Assembly: GCA_018648225.1 (NCBI GenBank)
Contig: JABGRQ010000081.1
Location: forward strand, 6,092 to 70,091
DNA length: 64,000 bases
From: Chloroflexota bacterium
GTDB lineage: Bacteria > Chloroflexota > Anaerolineae > Anaerolineales > UBA11858
Direction: 5' to 3'
A program made the translations under genes and the position numbers. Each line of letters starts with the position of its first letter. The first letter of the stretch is position 1. Shown piece after piece: positions 17,412 to 26,513 of the stretch. The notes under the pieces were generated by a model. The model did not search any database, was not told the origin of the DNA, and saw nothing but the letters and a program-made list of their open reading frames with translations.

Positions 17412-18917
17412 ATGTCGAGAGAATATCCATCTAATATAAGCCGTAATTTTTGCGCAAACCGCTCCCGCGGGCAGGGGTTGGTGGAGTACGCCATCATTCT
17501 GGTGTTGATCTCCATGGCCGTCATGGGCGGGCTGGCGCTTACCGGAACCAGCGTGGGCAATGTTTACCAAAATGTTGTTGATTCACTGCGCGGCGAAGAA
17601 CTCAGCGGGGGAGAAACCCCGCTGGAGGCAACTCCCACCCCAACACCCATCCCCGAAGACATGCTCGTAAACGTGGTCACCAGTTCGGGCAGCACAATTT
17701 CCGGCGTGAAGGTATCCGCCTTCAACAGCGAGAGCGCCCAGGTGGCCTCGGCAGAATCCAATCTTGACGGCGTCGCCACATTCTCCGGTCTGAATCCCGG
17801 ACGCTACAAATTCCGCGCCGAGTATAACGGTCAAGAATTCTGGTCGGTGACAATTTCGTATCCAGCCCAAACCAGCACGACGATTACAATTACTGTCCGA
17901 GAAATCAATGTGCATGTCATGAACGCACGCGGCCTCACCCTTGCCGACATCCCCGTTCACGCCTATACCGACGCCGAAGCCTATGCCGGAGACAGCCAGA
18001 CGACTAATCAAAACGGCATGGCAACCTTCACGCTGCCCGATGGCAGCTACAAATTCCGCGCCGATTATAAAGGCCAGCCCTATTGGTCAGAAACGATCAT
18101 CACTACCAGCACCACTTCGGTAAATATCCGCATCCCCGAAGCGCCCTTCACAGTACGCGTCACCAACCGCCAGGGGCAGGCCGTCAGTAAGGTGCCAGTA
18201 TACGCCTTCAATACGACAGGAGACTATTCAGGGATTTCTGGTCGCACCGATAAGAACGGAATAGCGATTGTGGATTTACCCGATGGAAGTTATAAATTCC
18301 GGGCGGATTACGATGGGCAGGAATACTGGTCAGACGCAGTGACCAGCCCCGATGTGGATTCAACCACCATACAGGTGGGCGGGACGCAGGTCACTGTGAA
18401 AGTGGTCACCAGCAACGGAACGGGACTCGCCAACTTGAAGGTATACACTTATTACGCCGATGATAGCTACGCGGGCAAACGCGCTTCAACCAACAAGGAA
18501 GGCCGCGCCACCCTCGAGCTAAACGATGGCAGCTATAAATTCCGTGTGGACTACCAGCATACAACCTACTGGTCGGATACCATCAACGTACCCCAAACAA
18601 CCACTGCGACGATCACCGTAGGGGCAGGACAGCTCACGGTTAAGGTAGTCGATCAACGTAAAGACCCCTTCCCCGGCGTTTATGTATATGCCTATCGGAT
18701 TGTAAAAAGCGGAAACACAACCTATTATTACTATTCCGGCCAATACGGCATCACAGATGGCAACGGTAATGTTGTACTTAAACTAAACCCTGATACTTAT
18801 CGTATTTTGGGCTACAACTACAATTACCGCAACTACAACTACCATTTCCGCTACGAATGGTCTGGTTATATCAGTGTACCGCCTACAACGGCGATCACGC
18901 TGCGCATAAATCGGTGA
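17412..18917 (+). CDS. Flp/Fap-type prepilin N-terminus fused to 5 tandem carboxypeptidase-regulatory-like repeats
   Basis: RGQGLVEYAIILVLISMAVMGG matches G-XXXX-EY plus a hydrophobic helix. Five repeats each carry the core motif xDGSYKFRADYxGQxYWS; repeat 1 has NPGRYKFRAEY, and repeat 5 is degenerate (NPDTYRILGYNY) and lacks the YKFR and GQ..YWS elements. Confidence 0.75.
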   Translation: MSREYPSNISRNFCANRSRGQGLVEYAIILVLISMAVMGGLALTGTSVGNVYQNVVDSLRGEELSGGETPLEATPTPTPIPEDMLVNVVTSSGSTISGVKVSAFNSESAQVASAESNLDGVATFSGLNPGRYKFRAEYNGQEFWSVTISYPAQTSTTITITVREINVHVMNARGLTLADIPVHAYTDAEAYAGDSQTTNQNGMATFTLPDGSYKFRADYKGQPYWSETIITTSTTSVNIRIPEAPFTVRVTNRQGQAVSKVPVYAFNTTGDYSGISGRTDKNGIAIVDLPDGSYKFRADYDGQEYWSDAVTSPDVDSTTIQVGGTQVTVKVVTSNGTGLANLKVYTYYADDSYAGKRASTNKEGRATLELNDGSYKFRVDYQHTTYWSDTINVPQTTTATITVGAGQLTVKVVDQRKDPFPGVYVYAYRIVKSGNTTYYYYSGQYGITDGNGNVVLKLNPDTYRILGYNYNYRNYNYHFRYEWSGYISVPPTTAITLRINR

Positions 18918-18927
18918 GAGTATAAAC

Positions 18928-19344
18928 ATGACTGAAGAAAAGAACATCCAAGACACCCAAGAACTGATTGAACAAATGCGCGCTAATGCGCTGGAAGAAG
19001 CCGAAGATGCCCCCTCGGTAGTCGGCAAACGTTGGGGTGCCAAAGAAATAAAAACCAAACGCTCGCCCTGGGTACTACGCAGCCTGATCATTGTATTATT
19101 CATCGCGGTATTTGCAGAGGGTTATCTCATCATCCGCCACCAGCGCACTGTGCCAGAAATCTTGATCCATTCCGCGCCGCCGATTGCAGCGCTGGCAACC
19201 CCAACCATCGAAAACCCTTTCCCCACACCCCCTATTGAAGGCTATGAAGAAGCCCCGCCCGATTTACCCGCTCCTGCCGAAGCTCCCTGGCCCGAAGGTG
19301 TGCCAACGCTCGAAGTGATTGAATTCCCCGAACCAGATGAATAA
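18928..19344 (+). CDS. Hypothetical single-pass membrane protein with Pro-rich C-terminus
   Basis: Starts 11 nt after the Flp-like gene. TM segment WVLRSLIIVLFIAVFAEGYLII. Confidence 0.5.
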   Translation: MTEEKNIQDTQELIEQMRANALEEAEDAPSVVGKRWGAKEIKTKRSPWVLRSLIIVLFIAVFAEGYLIIRHQRTVPEILIHSAPPIAALATPTIENPFPTPPIEGYEEAPPDLPAPAEAPWPEGVPTLEVIEFPEPDE

Positions 19345-19378
19345 AATAAAACGGCGGGTTTCTACTCGCGGTTTTATT

Positions 19379-20173
19379 TTATTGCCTACTTTTTAATTGA
19401 GCGCGTTGCACAAAGCCGCCGCGTTCGACAACCGCCCGTGTATGGAAACCTGCCCCGATCTGCTCTTCCGCATCCCAGGCAGATACAGCCAGTTGCACCC
19501 GTGTTTTAACAACTTCGAGAATCTCAACTTCCACACGGATCTGAGCGCCAATCGGCGTGGGGGCCAGATGCTTCACATCGACATGCGTGCCGACACTCAT
19601 CCAGCCCGCGGGGAGATGCTCGGCTATCAGCCGGTTGGAAACGCGCTCCATAAATGAAATCATCCAGGGGGTGCCCAGAACGCGTTCGTCGCCGCTGCCA
19701 ATATGATAGGCCGTATGCTGCTCTTCGACACCGAAAGTTTCTACACGCGTAAGCCCCGGATGCACTTGCGCCATTTGCGGCGCGGGACTGCCTGCATCCA
19801 AACTCGGCAGCGGCCACCACTCTTTGCACTGCTCTTTCGTAAACGATGGTGACGCAGCGCTCAGATATCGGAGTGGTATAGCTCCGGTATTCTCAAGGCC
19901 GTGCTCGGCAAATGACGAAAAGAAGATCGTATCGCCTGCATATACCTGACGCTGCTCGCCATCCACCGTCATCAAGCCGCTGCCCTCAACAATATGATAG
20001 ATTTGCTCCGGCTCATGCGAGTGCATACGCTGCACACCGCCTGGCTTCATTTCCACCAACGTGACCGCCAACTGCTCGGCCTCACCGGTTAGCTTTGAAA
20101 CCAATAGATATGATGTAATGCCATCGCGCTGATAGCGAGGGGCTGTGTTAATTTTTGCAATATACATACTCAT
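19379..20173 (-). CDS. Cupin domain fused to FlK-like hotdog thioesterase domain
   Basis: N-terminal cupin motifs (HSHEPEQIYHIVEG..., FAEHGLEN). C-terminal YHIGSGDERVLGTPWMISFME...GTHVDVKHLAPTPIG resembles the fluoroacetyl-CoA thioesterase family. Confidence 0.65.
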   Translation of the reverse strand: MSMYIAKINTAPRYQRDGITSYLLVSKLTGEAEQLAVTLVEMKPGGVQRMHSHEPEQIYHIVEGSGLMTVDGEQRQVYAGDTIFFSSFAEHGLENTGAIPLRYLSAASPSFTKEQCKEWWPLPSLDAGSPAPQMAQVHPGLTRVETFGVEEQHTAYHIGSGDERVLGTPWMISFMERVSNRLIAEHLPAGWMSVGTHVDVKHLAPTPIGAQIRVEVEILEVVKTRVQLAVSAWDAEEQIGAGFHTRAVVERGGFVQRAQLKSRQ

Positions 20174-20188
20174 CTGAATACCTTTCTA

Positions 20189-21208
20189 TCAGGCTACCGC
20201 CCACCAATCGACAGCCTCGCGCAGGCCAAAATTGGTCAGGCGTTCTCGCACGATGCTGCGGGCATGGCGAGCGCCGACCGCGGCTAAAACCACCGGGTTC
20301 TGATAGCGCCTCCACCAGGCCAACAAATCATCTGCCGCAACAATCGGTTTGCCGCGGCGCGTATTGCCAATTTTTCTGGGGTCAATATCCACAAAGACTT
20401 CAACAGGAGCGCCTTCAGTGCGCATCAGATGCTTGCTCAGGCGGCGGCCCATCATGCCTGCCCCCCAGATGATGACCGCGTCGCGCCCTATCAGCGGCCC
20501 GCGCATCAGGTAATGAGCTTTGGCGCGCAGAAAATTTTCAAGCGAGTAACGGCTGTCGGTGCGGGTAATGCGCTGGGGGTGCTCGCGCCAATCCAATAAT
20601 ATCTCAGGGATTTTAGCAAAACGCGCCCCGGCCAGATACAGGCGCAGATACAGGTCGTAATCTTCAGGCCAGCCGCGCTCGTGATAACCGCCCATCTGCC
20701 GCAGCCAGTCGGCGCGCAACATCACACTGGGATTAGGCAGTGGGCTTTCGACGAATATTTCCCGCCGAATGTCGGCATCGCTGACCAGGGCGTTAAGCCA
20801 CTCGATATAAATGCGAAAACCTTCGCGTACATCTTCGGTCGGAAAGCCACGCACCAGGCTGCTGACTACGGCAACGTCGGGATGCTGTTCGAGATACGCG
20901 GCCTGTTTTTCGAGCCGTTGAGGGTGTGCGAGGTCGTCGGCGTCGATGCGGGCAATATAGGGCGCGCGGCAGGCTGCTATTGCCGCGTTGGCCGCAGCGA
21001 TCACCCCCGCGTGGGGCTGAGTCCACACTCGAAAACGCCGATCCACCCCGGCCCGGGTCTTGAGCATCCGCCCGGTTGCATCCTCCGAGCCATCATCCAC
21101 GGCGATAACTTCAAAATCGGCTAATGTCTGCCGGGACAGGGAATCCAGCGTTTCTTCGAGCGTTTTTTCAGCGTTATAGCAGGGCAAGATCACAGAGACA
21201 GCAGGCAT
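20189..21208 (-). CDS. Glycosyltransferase family 2
   Basis: VSVILPCYNAEKTLEETLDSL...VIAVDDGSEDAT and DADD motif. Confidence 0.85.
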   Translation of the reverse strand: MPAVSVILPCYNAEKTLEETLDSLSRQTLADFEVIAVDDGSEDATGRMLKTRAGVDRRFRVWTQPHAGVIAAANAAIAACRAPYIARIDADDLAHPQRLEKQAAYLEQHPDVAVVSSLVRGFPTEDVREGFRIYIEWLNALVSDADIRREIFVESPLPNPSVMLRADWLRQMGGYHERGWPEDYDLYLRLYLAGARFAKIPEILLDWREHPQRITRTDSRYSLENFLRAKAHYLMRGPLIGRDAVIIWGAGMMGRRLSKHLMRTEGAPVEVFVDIDPRKIGNTRRGKPIVAADDLLAWWRRYQNPVVLAAVGARHARSIVRERLTNFGLREAVDWWAVA

Positions 21209-21291
21209 GGCGCGATTGTAACGTGAAAGCCCCCCGCTTGCAATTTTTGGCGAGTGCGGTATGATTGCGAGCGTTTACTCTGGAGGTGTGT

Positions 21292-22110
21292 ATGGACTCA
21301 ATTTCGTTGACGCTTCAAAATATGTTGGTCAATTTTTTGGAAATGCTGCCCAATTTAGTGGCCGCATTGGTTATTTTTATCGTCAGTTTATATCTGGCGG
21401 GCTTGCTCACAAAAATTATTGCGCGCGCATTTGAACGCCGCAATACCGAACGCGAATTGAGCTTGCTGATTGTGAAGATCGCGCGCTGGGCGGTGATCAT
21501 TATCGGCACTGTGATTGCGCTGGAACAGATTGGCTTTGATCTTTCGGCCTTTTTGGCAGGTTTGGGCATTCTTGGCTTTACGATCGGATTTGCTTTGCAG
21601 GATGTCAGCAAGAATTTTATTTCGGGCATCTTATTGTTGATCCAGCAGCCTTTTAATATTGGCGATATTATTCAAGTGGGCGATTTTATTGGCTCAGTAG
21701 CCGATGTGGATTTACGCGCCACGGAGATTTACACCTTTGACGGGCAAAATGTACTCATCCCAAATGGGGATGTATTTACCAGCCCGATTAAGAATTACTC
21801 GCGCTTCCCCAAACGTCGGGTGGATATTAGCGTGGGCGTGGCCTACGGCAGCGATCTCGACCGGGTGAGGGGTGCAACCCTCGAGGCAATTGCTAACATC
21901 CAGGGCGTGCTGCCCGATCCGGCCCCGATGGTGATTTTCAATAATTTCGGCGATTCTTCGATTGATCTCACAGCGTATTTCTGGATTGATTTGAAACATG
22001 CCGATTATTTAAAAACCATCGACGCGGGGATTGTGAATATCAACGCTGCTTTCGCCGCCAAGGGTATTGAAATTCCCTTCCCGGTGCGCACGGTGTATAT
22101 GGCGCAGTAG
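21292..22110 (+). CDS. Small-conductance mechanosensitive channel (MscS family)
   Basis: GGAGG at 21283-21287 and ATG at 21292. QQPFNIGDIIQVGDFIGSVADVDLRATEI beta-domain motif. Confidence 0.85.
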   Translation: MDSISLTLQNMLVNFLEMLPNLVAALVIFIVSLYLAGLLTKIIARAFERRNTERELSLLIVKIARWAVIIIGTVIALEQIGFDLSAFLAGLGILGFTIGFALQDVSKNFISGILLLIQQPFNIGDIIQVGDFIGSVADVDLRATEIYTFDGQNVLIPNGDVFTSPIKNYSRFPKRRVDISVGVAYGSDLDRVRGATLEAIANIQGVLPDPAPMVIFNNFGDSSIDLTAYFWIDLKHADYLKTIDAGIVNINAAFAAKGIEIPFPVRTVYMAQ

Positions 22111-22138
22111 TACCCCCATCCCTTATCCTAAAAACGCG

Positions 22139-22294
22139 TTAGGGCAAAAGTCACACATCGCATAATGTCATTCCGAACGAATGTGAGGAATCCCTGATGC
22201 AAACATTTGAAATCACCTATGCAGGTACACCAGAACACCGCGCCGTAGGGATTCCTCGCTGCGCTCGGAATGACCTGTACCACTTTTGCCCTAA
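22139..22294. repeat. Family B repeat nested within 13-bp perfect terminal inverted repeats
   Basis: TIR ttagggcaaaagt (22139-22151) / acttttgccctaa (22282-22294). Inner arms gtcattccgaacg...ggaatccct / agggattcc...ctcggaatgac. Confidence 0.8.
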
Positions 22295-22300
22295 TGGCCT

Positions 22301-22346
22301 AAAACAGAATGATCTGCCGATAACTTTCTGCGGCTCATTCTGTTTT
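22301..22346. terminator. Hairpin / bidirectional terminator (mscS / sbcD)
   Basis: Perfect 12-bp arms aaaacagaatga/tcattctgtttt. The right arm encodes the last sbcD codons. Confidence 0.55.
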
Positions 22347-23576
22347 GGCTAATTCATCCCCTTGCAGTATTTCTGCGGCCAGGGTTTGAAGTTCCTGGGT
22401 ATCGCTATCCTCGGTATGACGCGCTTGCCAGTAGATTTCGAGCAATTCCAGCGCAGTCAATGCGCCAAAATTTTGGTCGTCGGGCAGGCGCACACGATTT
22501 TCTTGCTGTGGGCGCTTGATCAGATGAAACTCAAAGGCTCCAGCAGTGTATTCGCGTAATGTAGCTTCGTCGATCATGGCCTCCCACTCACGGGGGTAGG
22601 TCATCACCAGGCGCACAATCGCCCCATCGAGCTGCTCAGCGGGCGGCAGCGCGGCGCGTAGCTGCTCGTTGATATTCTCGGGGGTTTCCAGGCTGATGGC
22701 GCAATCCACAAAGGGACGAATGCTTTTCAGTTGCCGCCATTCAACCTCGGTGGTGTTTTTCTCTACATTGGCGATAATATAGAATTTATCATCGCCAGCC
22801 TCACCAAAATCGACGCGCTCAATCGAACCGGGATAAATCACCGGAGGATGCTGGCCTTCGTTGATATTCTGCGGTTTGTGGATATGCCCCAGCGCCACGT
22901 AGTCCAGGCGCGGGTCGCGCACCAACGAGCCTGGCAGCACCAGATCGCTGCCCAGCATCACCGTGCGTTCGCCGCCATATTTAGCCCCCTGCACCGAGGC
23001 GTGCGCCGTCAAAATAGTAGGCAATTGAGGGTCAACCTGCTCATCGAGCCAGTATTTCACTTGATCGCCGAGACGCTCCTCCAACGCTGCGTAGATTTCT
23101 GCTGGAGTCTGGCCGCGCATATCCAAATGAGCCATCATGCCCGAGCGCGAAATCCAGGGCAAAGCTAAAACCTGCACAGGCAGACCTTCCAAATCGTCCG
23201 GGGTAAGAAAACAGGGTTTGTCGAGCACATGCACATGCGGCACTTTCAGGGTAGCAAACTCGCTCAGGGCGTGGGCGCGCCCCAGAGCGGGTGAAAGATC
23301 GTGGTTGCCAACCAGTAACAGGGTTGGGATTTTGGCCTGCGAAAGGCGCACAATGCGTTTGCCCCACTCGCGCTGATACGTAGGAGCCGGAGCGCGGTCT
23401 TTATAGGCATCTCCGGCGAAAATCACCAGATCAACGTTTTCGGCAATCGCCGCGTCCACGATCTCATCCAACGAGCGTAGAAAATCCATCACTCGCAGAG
23501 GCAGCCCGCTTTCAGGGTCGCGGCGCCCGTAGGTCGCCATATCAATATGCGCGTCGGCAAAATGGAGCAGTTTCAT
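22335..23576 (-). CDS. sbcD: SbcD/Mre11-family DNA repair exonuclease
   Basis: MKLLHFADAHID, FAGDAYKD and LVGNHD calcineurin-like phosphoesterase motifs. 413 aa. Confidence 0.85.
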   Translation of the reverse strand: MKLLHFADAHIDMATYGRRDPESGLPLRVMDFLRSLDEIVDAAIAENVDLVIFAGDAYKDRAPAPTYQREWGKRIVRLSQAKIPTLLLVGNHDLSPALGRAHALSEFATLKVPHVHVLDKPCFLTPDDLEGLPVQVLALPWISRSGMMAHLDMRGQTPAEIYAALEERLGDQVKYWLDEQVDPQLPTILTAHASVQGAKYGGERTVMLGSDLVLPGSLVRDPRLDYVALGHIHKPQNINEGQHPPVIYPGSIERVDFGEAGDDKFYIIANVEKNTTEVEWRQLKSIRPFVDCAISLETPENINEQLRAALPPAEQLDGAIVRLVMTYPREWEAMIDEATLREYTAGAFEFHLIKRPQQENRVRLPDDQNFGALTALELLEIYWQARHTEDSDTQELQTLAAEILQGDELAKTE

Positions 23577-24869
23577 CTATCCCCCGCCCTGAATGCGTTC
23601 CAACTGATACCAGCCCACACCAAAATTCTCGTTGAGCTTGACGGCTTCCTGCAAATCGGCGATGGCGCCATCAATATCGCCCAGGGCTTCGCGCGCCAAG
23701 GCGCGCCAATACCAGCTTTCTTCAATGGCCGGTTCGCTGGCCGTGTCTATCGTTGTGGTTGCCAGGGTGAGCACATCATAATAGCGCTGCGTATAAAAAT
23801 ATGCCCAATACGGCCCGGTTTGATACCACAGATTGCGCCAGGGTACGTTAACTTCTTCCGGATTGAGCGTTTTGGTGAGCGCAAAATACTCATCATAGGC
23901 TTGAGCTGCCCCGGTATAATCATCGAGATAGACCAGATTGGTGCCGTAGTTATACCAGGCAAACGCCCTGGCGCGGCCTTCCAGCGTAAAAATCTCATCG
24001 GAGGCTTTGGCGGCCGCAGCCTGATAATTGTAGGTTGTATCCGCATGTTGGCCGAGTAATTCCATCACCTCGGCTTCACGCGCCGGATAATATATAACAA
24101 GATAGACATAATTGAAATGCTGCCAACGTCGCAGCACATCTTCATACGAAAAACGCAGGTTCTTACTGATAAACGAATCTTGCAAAACAAAATACTGCTC
24201 GGTATCGTTGTACCCGTTGATAACTTCGTAATGCCCCATCCAGCCCTCAAAACCGGTGCCTTCGAAGCCTTTCTCGATCAACACGGGAAAACCCGCCGCA
24301 ATCAGGCGTGTCAGCATTTCTACATCGCCGCCCACGCGCCACAGGGCATTGAACTCGGTTTCTTCGTTGACATAGGCAACCATCTCGTAGGGGCTGACAT
24401 TTTTGTCGCGCGAATTCGGCTTCAGATAGGCCGCTGTATCGCGCTGGTCGCCGTTCCACTTCCAATACGAAAGCGCCATCGAGAGATTGGCCGGGCCGCA
24501 GTTATTCCAGCTTTGAACCTGGTGGATAATGCCATCCAGAACAACGGATTCGGGGATCGGGGTAGATGTGGTCGTTGGCGTGAGCGAGGGCAAAGGCGTC
24601 TCGGTGGGGCCAACCGGGCTGGGGGTCGGGCTGGCCGGAACCAAAGTGGGGCTGGGCGTTGCCGAGGGGGGTAATCCTGTATCCCCGCCTCCCTCCGGGA
24701 TAAACAAAGCCTCCTCGGGCGGATTGAGGGCATATTTGACCTGTGCCTTCCATGAATCGATGCGCCAGGCCAAACGCTCATTAATCGGCGGATAGTTATA
24801 CAATAAAGCCGCCAAAACAATAAACCCCGGGATCACAACCAGGGCAATGAAAAGTCGCTGTTTATTCAT
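23577..24869 (-). CDS. Membrane-anchored C39-like cysteine peptidase domain protein with TPR-like C-terminus
   Basis: QSWNNCGPANLSMAL (Cys) and GHYEVINGYND (His) fit the Peptidase_C39_2 pattern. N-terminal TM. Its stop abuts the sbcD start. Confidence 0.7.
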   Translation of the reverse strand: MNKQRLFIALVVIPGFIVLAALLYNYPPINERLAWRIDSWKAQVKYALNPPEEALFIPEGGGDTGLPPSATPSPTLVPASPTPSPVGPTETPLPSLTPTTTSTPIPESVVLDGIIHQVQSWNNCGPANLSMALSYWKWNGDQRDTAAYLKPNSRDKNVSPYEMVAYVNEETEFNALWRVGGDVEMLTRLIAAGFPVLIEKGFEGTGFEGWMGHYEVINGYNDTEQYFVLQDSFISKNLRFSYEDVLRRWQHFNYVYLVIYYPAREAEVMELLGQHADTTYNYQAAAAKASDEIFTLEGRARAFAWYNYGTNLVYLDDYTGAAQAYDEYFALTKTLNPEEVNVPWRNLWYQTGPYWAYFYTQRYYDVLTLATTTIDTASEPAIEESWYWRALAREALGDIDGAIADLQEAVKLNENFGVGWYQLERIQGGG

Positions 24870-25052
24870 AGTGGCTGATTATATCAAGGTTTTGCTGGTA
24901 AACAGCCACAAGCGCGAGACGTTAAAATGGGAAATTTGTACGGGGTTAATGCGAAGAACCGGGAATCACCTTGGTAGTTGCCCGTATTCGGGGGTATAGG
25001 GCTTGCGGAGCAAGCCCTATACCCCGTGCTTTCGCAGTTATTTCTTTCCAGT

Positions 25053-26393
25053 TCAGGCGGCGAGAGCTTCAGCCGCCAGTATAGCCAGCATTTCAGCGTT
25101 ATTGTCAAATTTAAAATCTTCCAGATTTTCGGTTTCGATACGGGCTTGTTCGATGGCGGTCAGTTGCTCGATTTGGGCTTTATTTACTACTGCGTGAGGT
25201 AGCATGGCGAGTTTTTGTTCAACGCTGCCCAACACATCCCCGCCAGGCGCGAGGGTTTGCAAATACTGCCAAACGGCCTCAGCCCCCATTTCGCCATCTT
25301 TGCGGGCGTATCCCACCAACCCGCTGCTGGCCTCGCGCGACCATCCAGCCACAAACACCCCTTCGATAGGCTGCTCATTTTCGGGATCATACACCTCAAA
25401 AGAGAGCTCATCTACGGGGAAACGCGGATGGTTGTTTTTGACAAAAGAATTCCATTGGATAGGCAACCCAAAGCTTTCATCTACTTTGTCGCCAATGCAG
25501 AATACTACGGTATCTACATCGAGCACGCGGCAGGTGCCCACGATTTGCGCTTTGGTCTTGCCATCGCGGAGCGCCAGCGCGGTATCGTCAATTTCTAGCC
25601 CGGTTACCTGGCCGTACTCATCGCCAATAATCTGCGCCGGGGATGAGAGGAACTCAAAACGGAAACGCGTTTCGGAGACCGGCTCGAGGGCTTTTTTCAG
25701 CCCTGAGAGGATGAACGCTTGCGCTTCAGCGGGATTCTGCCCGACGGCAAGCATCCGTTCGTTTACACGCGCCAACTCATCGTCCAGCGCGGCAAGGTCC
25801 AGATTATGGCCGATATTCTGCATCTCTTTTTTGGTGAATTTTACCTCTGCAGGCCCGCGCCGCGCTACGGCGATCACCTCATCAACATGCTTGTCGCGAA
25901 CCACCCAGTGGGCGATATCCATCATCACATTACCCACCCCGATCAGCGCAACGCGTTTGCCAATCTTGAACTCTTGCATACTGTAGGGTGGTAGTTTGTT
26001 GTAATGGTACACCAGGTCTTTGGCATGGTAGACCCCTTGCAAATCTTCGCCGGGCAGCCCGAGCCATTTTGTGCCTTGTGCGCCCACTGTGACCAATATG
26101 GCCTGAAATCCGAGCGCACGCAGATCATCGAGGCTGAGATCGCCATCTTCGCCGACGCGGATATTGCCAAAATAACTGATTTGCTCATTTTGCAGGATGT
26201 TGGCAAATTGTTTTCGCAGGCCACGTTTCATGCGATATTTGTTGTAATAAATACCGTATTCAGCCAGTCCGCCGGGTTTGATATCTCGATTAAAAATAAC
26301 TACTTGTGCACCTGCCGAAGCTAATTTTTGAGCAGCATATAACCCCGCGGGTCCAGCGCCAACTACGGCCACAGCATATTGCGGTGAGTGCAT
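25053..26393 (-). CDS. FAD/NAD(P)-binding oxidoreductase (adrenodoxin-reductase / FprA-like)
   Basis: VAVVGAGPAGLYAAQKL and a second dinucleotide motif VALIGVGNVMMD. Confidence 0.65.
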   Translation of the reverse strand: MHSPQYAVAVVGAGPAGLYAAQKLASAGAQVVIFNRDIKPGGLAEYGIYYNKYRMKRGLRKQFANILQNEQISYFGNIRVGEDGDLSLDDLRALGFQAILVTVGAQGTKWLGLPGEDLQGVYHAKDLVYHYNKLPPYSMQEFKIGKRVALIGVGNVMMDIAHWVVRDKHVDEVIAVARRGPAEVKFTKKEMQNIGHNLDLAALDDELARVNERMLAVGQNPAEAQAFILSGLKKALEPVSETRFRFEFLSSPAQIIGDEYGQVTGLEIDDTALALRDGKTKAQIVGTCRVLDVDTVVFCIGDKVDESFGLPIQWNSFVKNNHPRFPVDELSFEVYDPENEQPIEGVFVAGWSREASSGLVGYARKDGEMGAEAVWQYLQTLAPGGDVLGSVEQKLAMLPHAVVNKAQIEQLTAIEQARIETENLEDFKFDNNAEMLAILAAEALAA

Positions 26394-26513
26394 CGTGAAG
26401 CCTCCTGTTTTGCTTTGTTTATCGTGTAGATCATTTATATATCTTGTTGTGGTGCGTAAACTTATTATACATATTAATTTCGACTGATTTTGTTATAAAT
26501 TAATTACTTAAAT

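Noticed and set aside
24993-25024. Hairpin gggtatagggcttgc/gcaagccctataccc as an intrinsic terminator for the oxidoreductase gene
   Set aside because: The stem is strong but no U-run follows on the relevant (minus) strand. It may be a processing or stability element, which I cannot support further.
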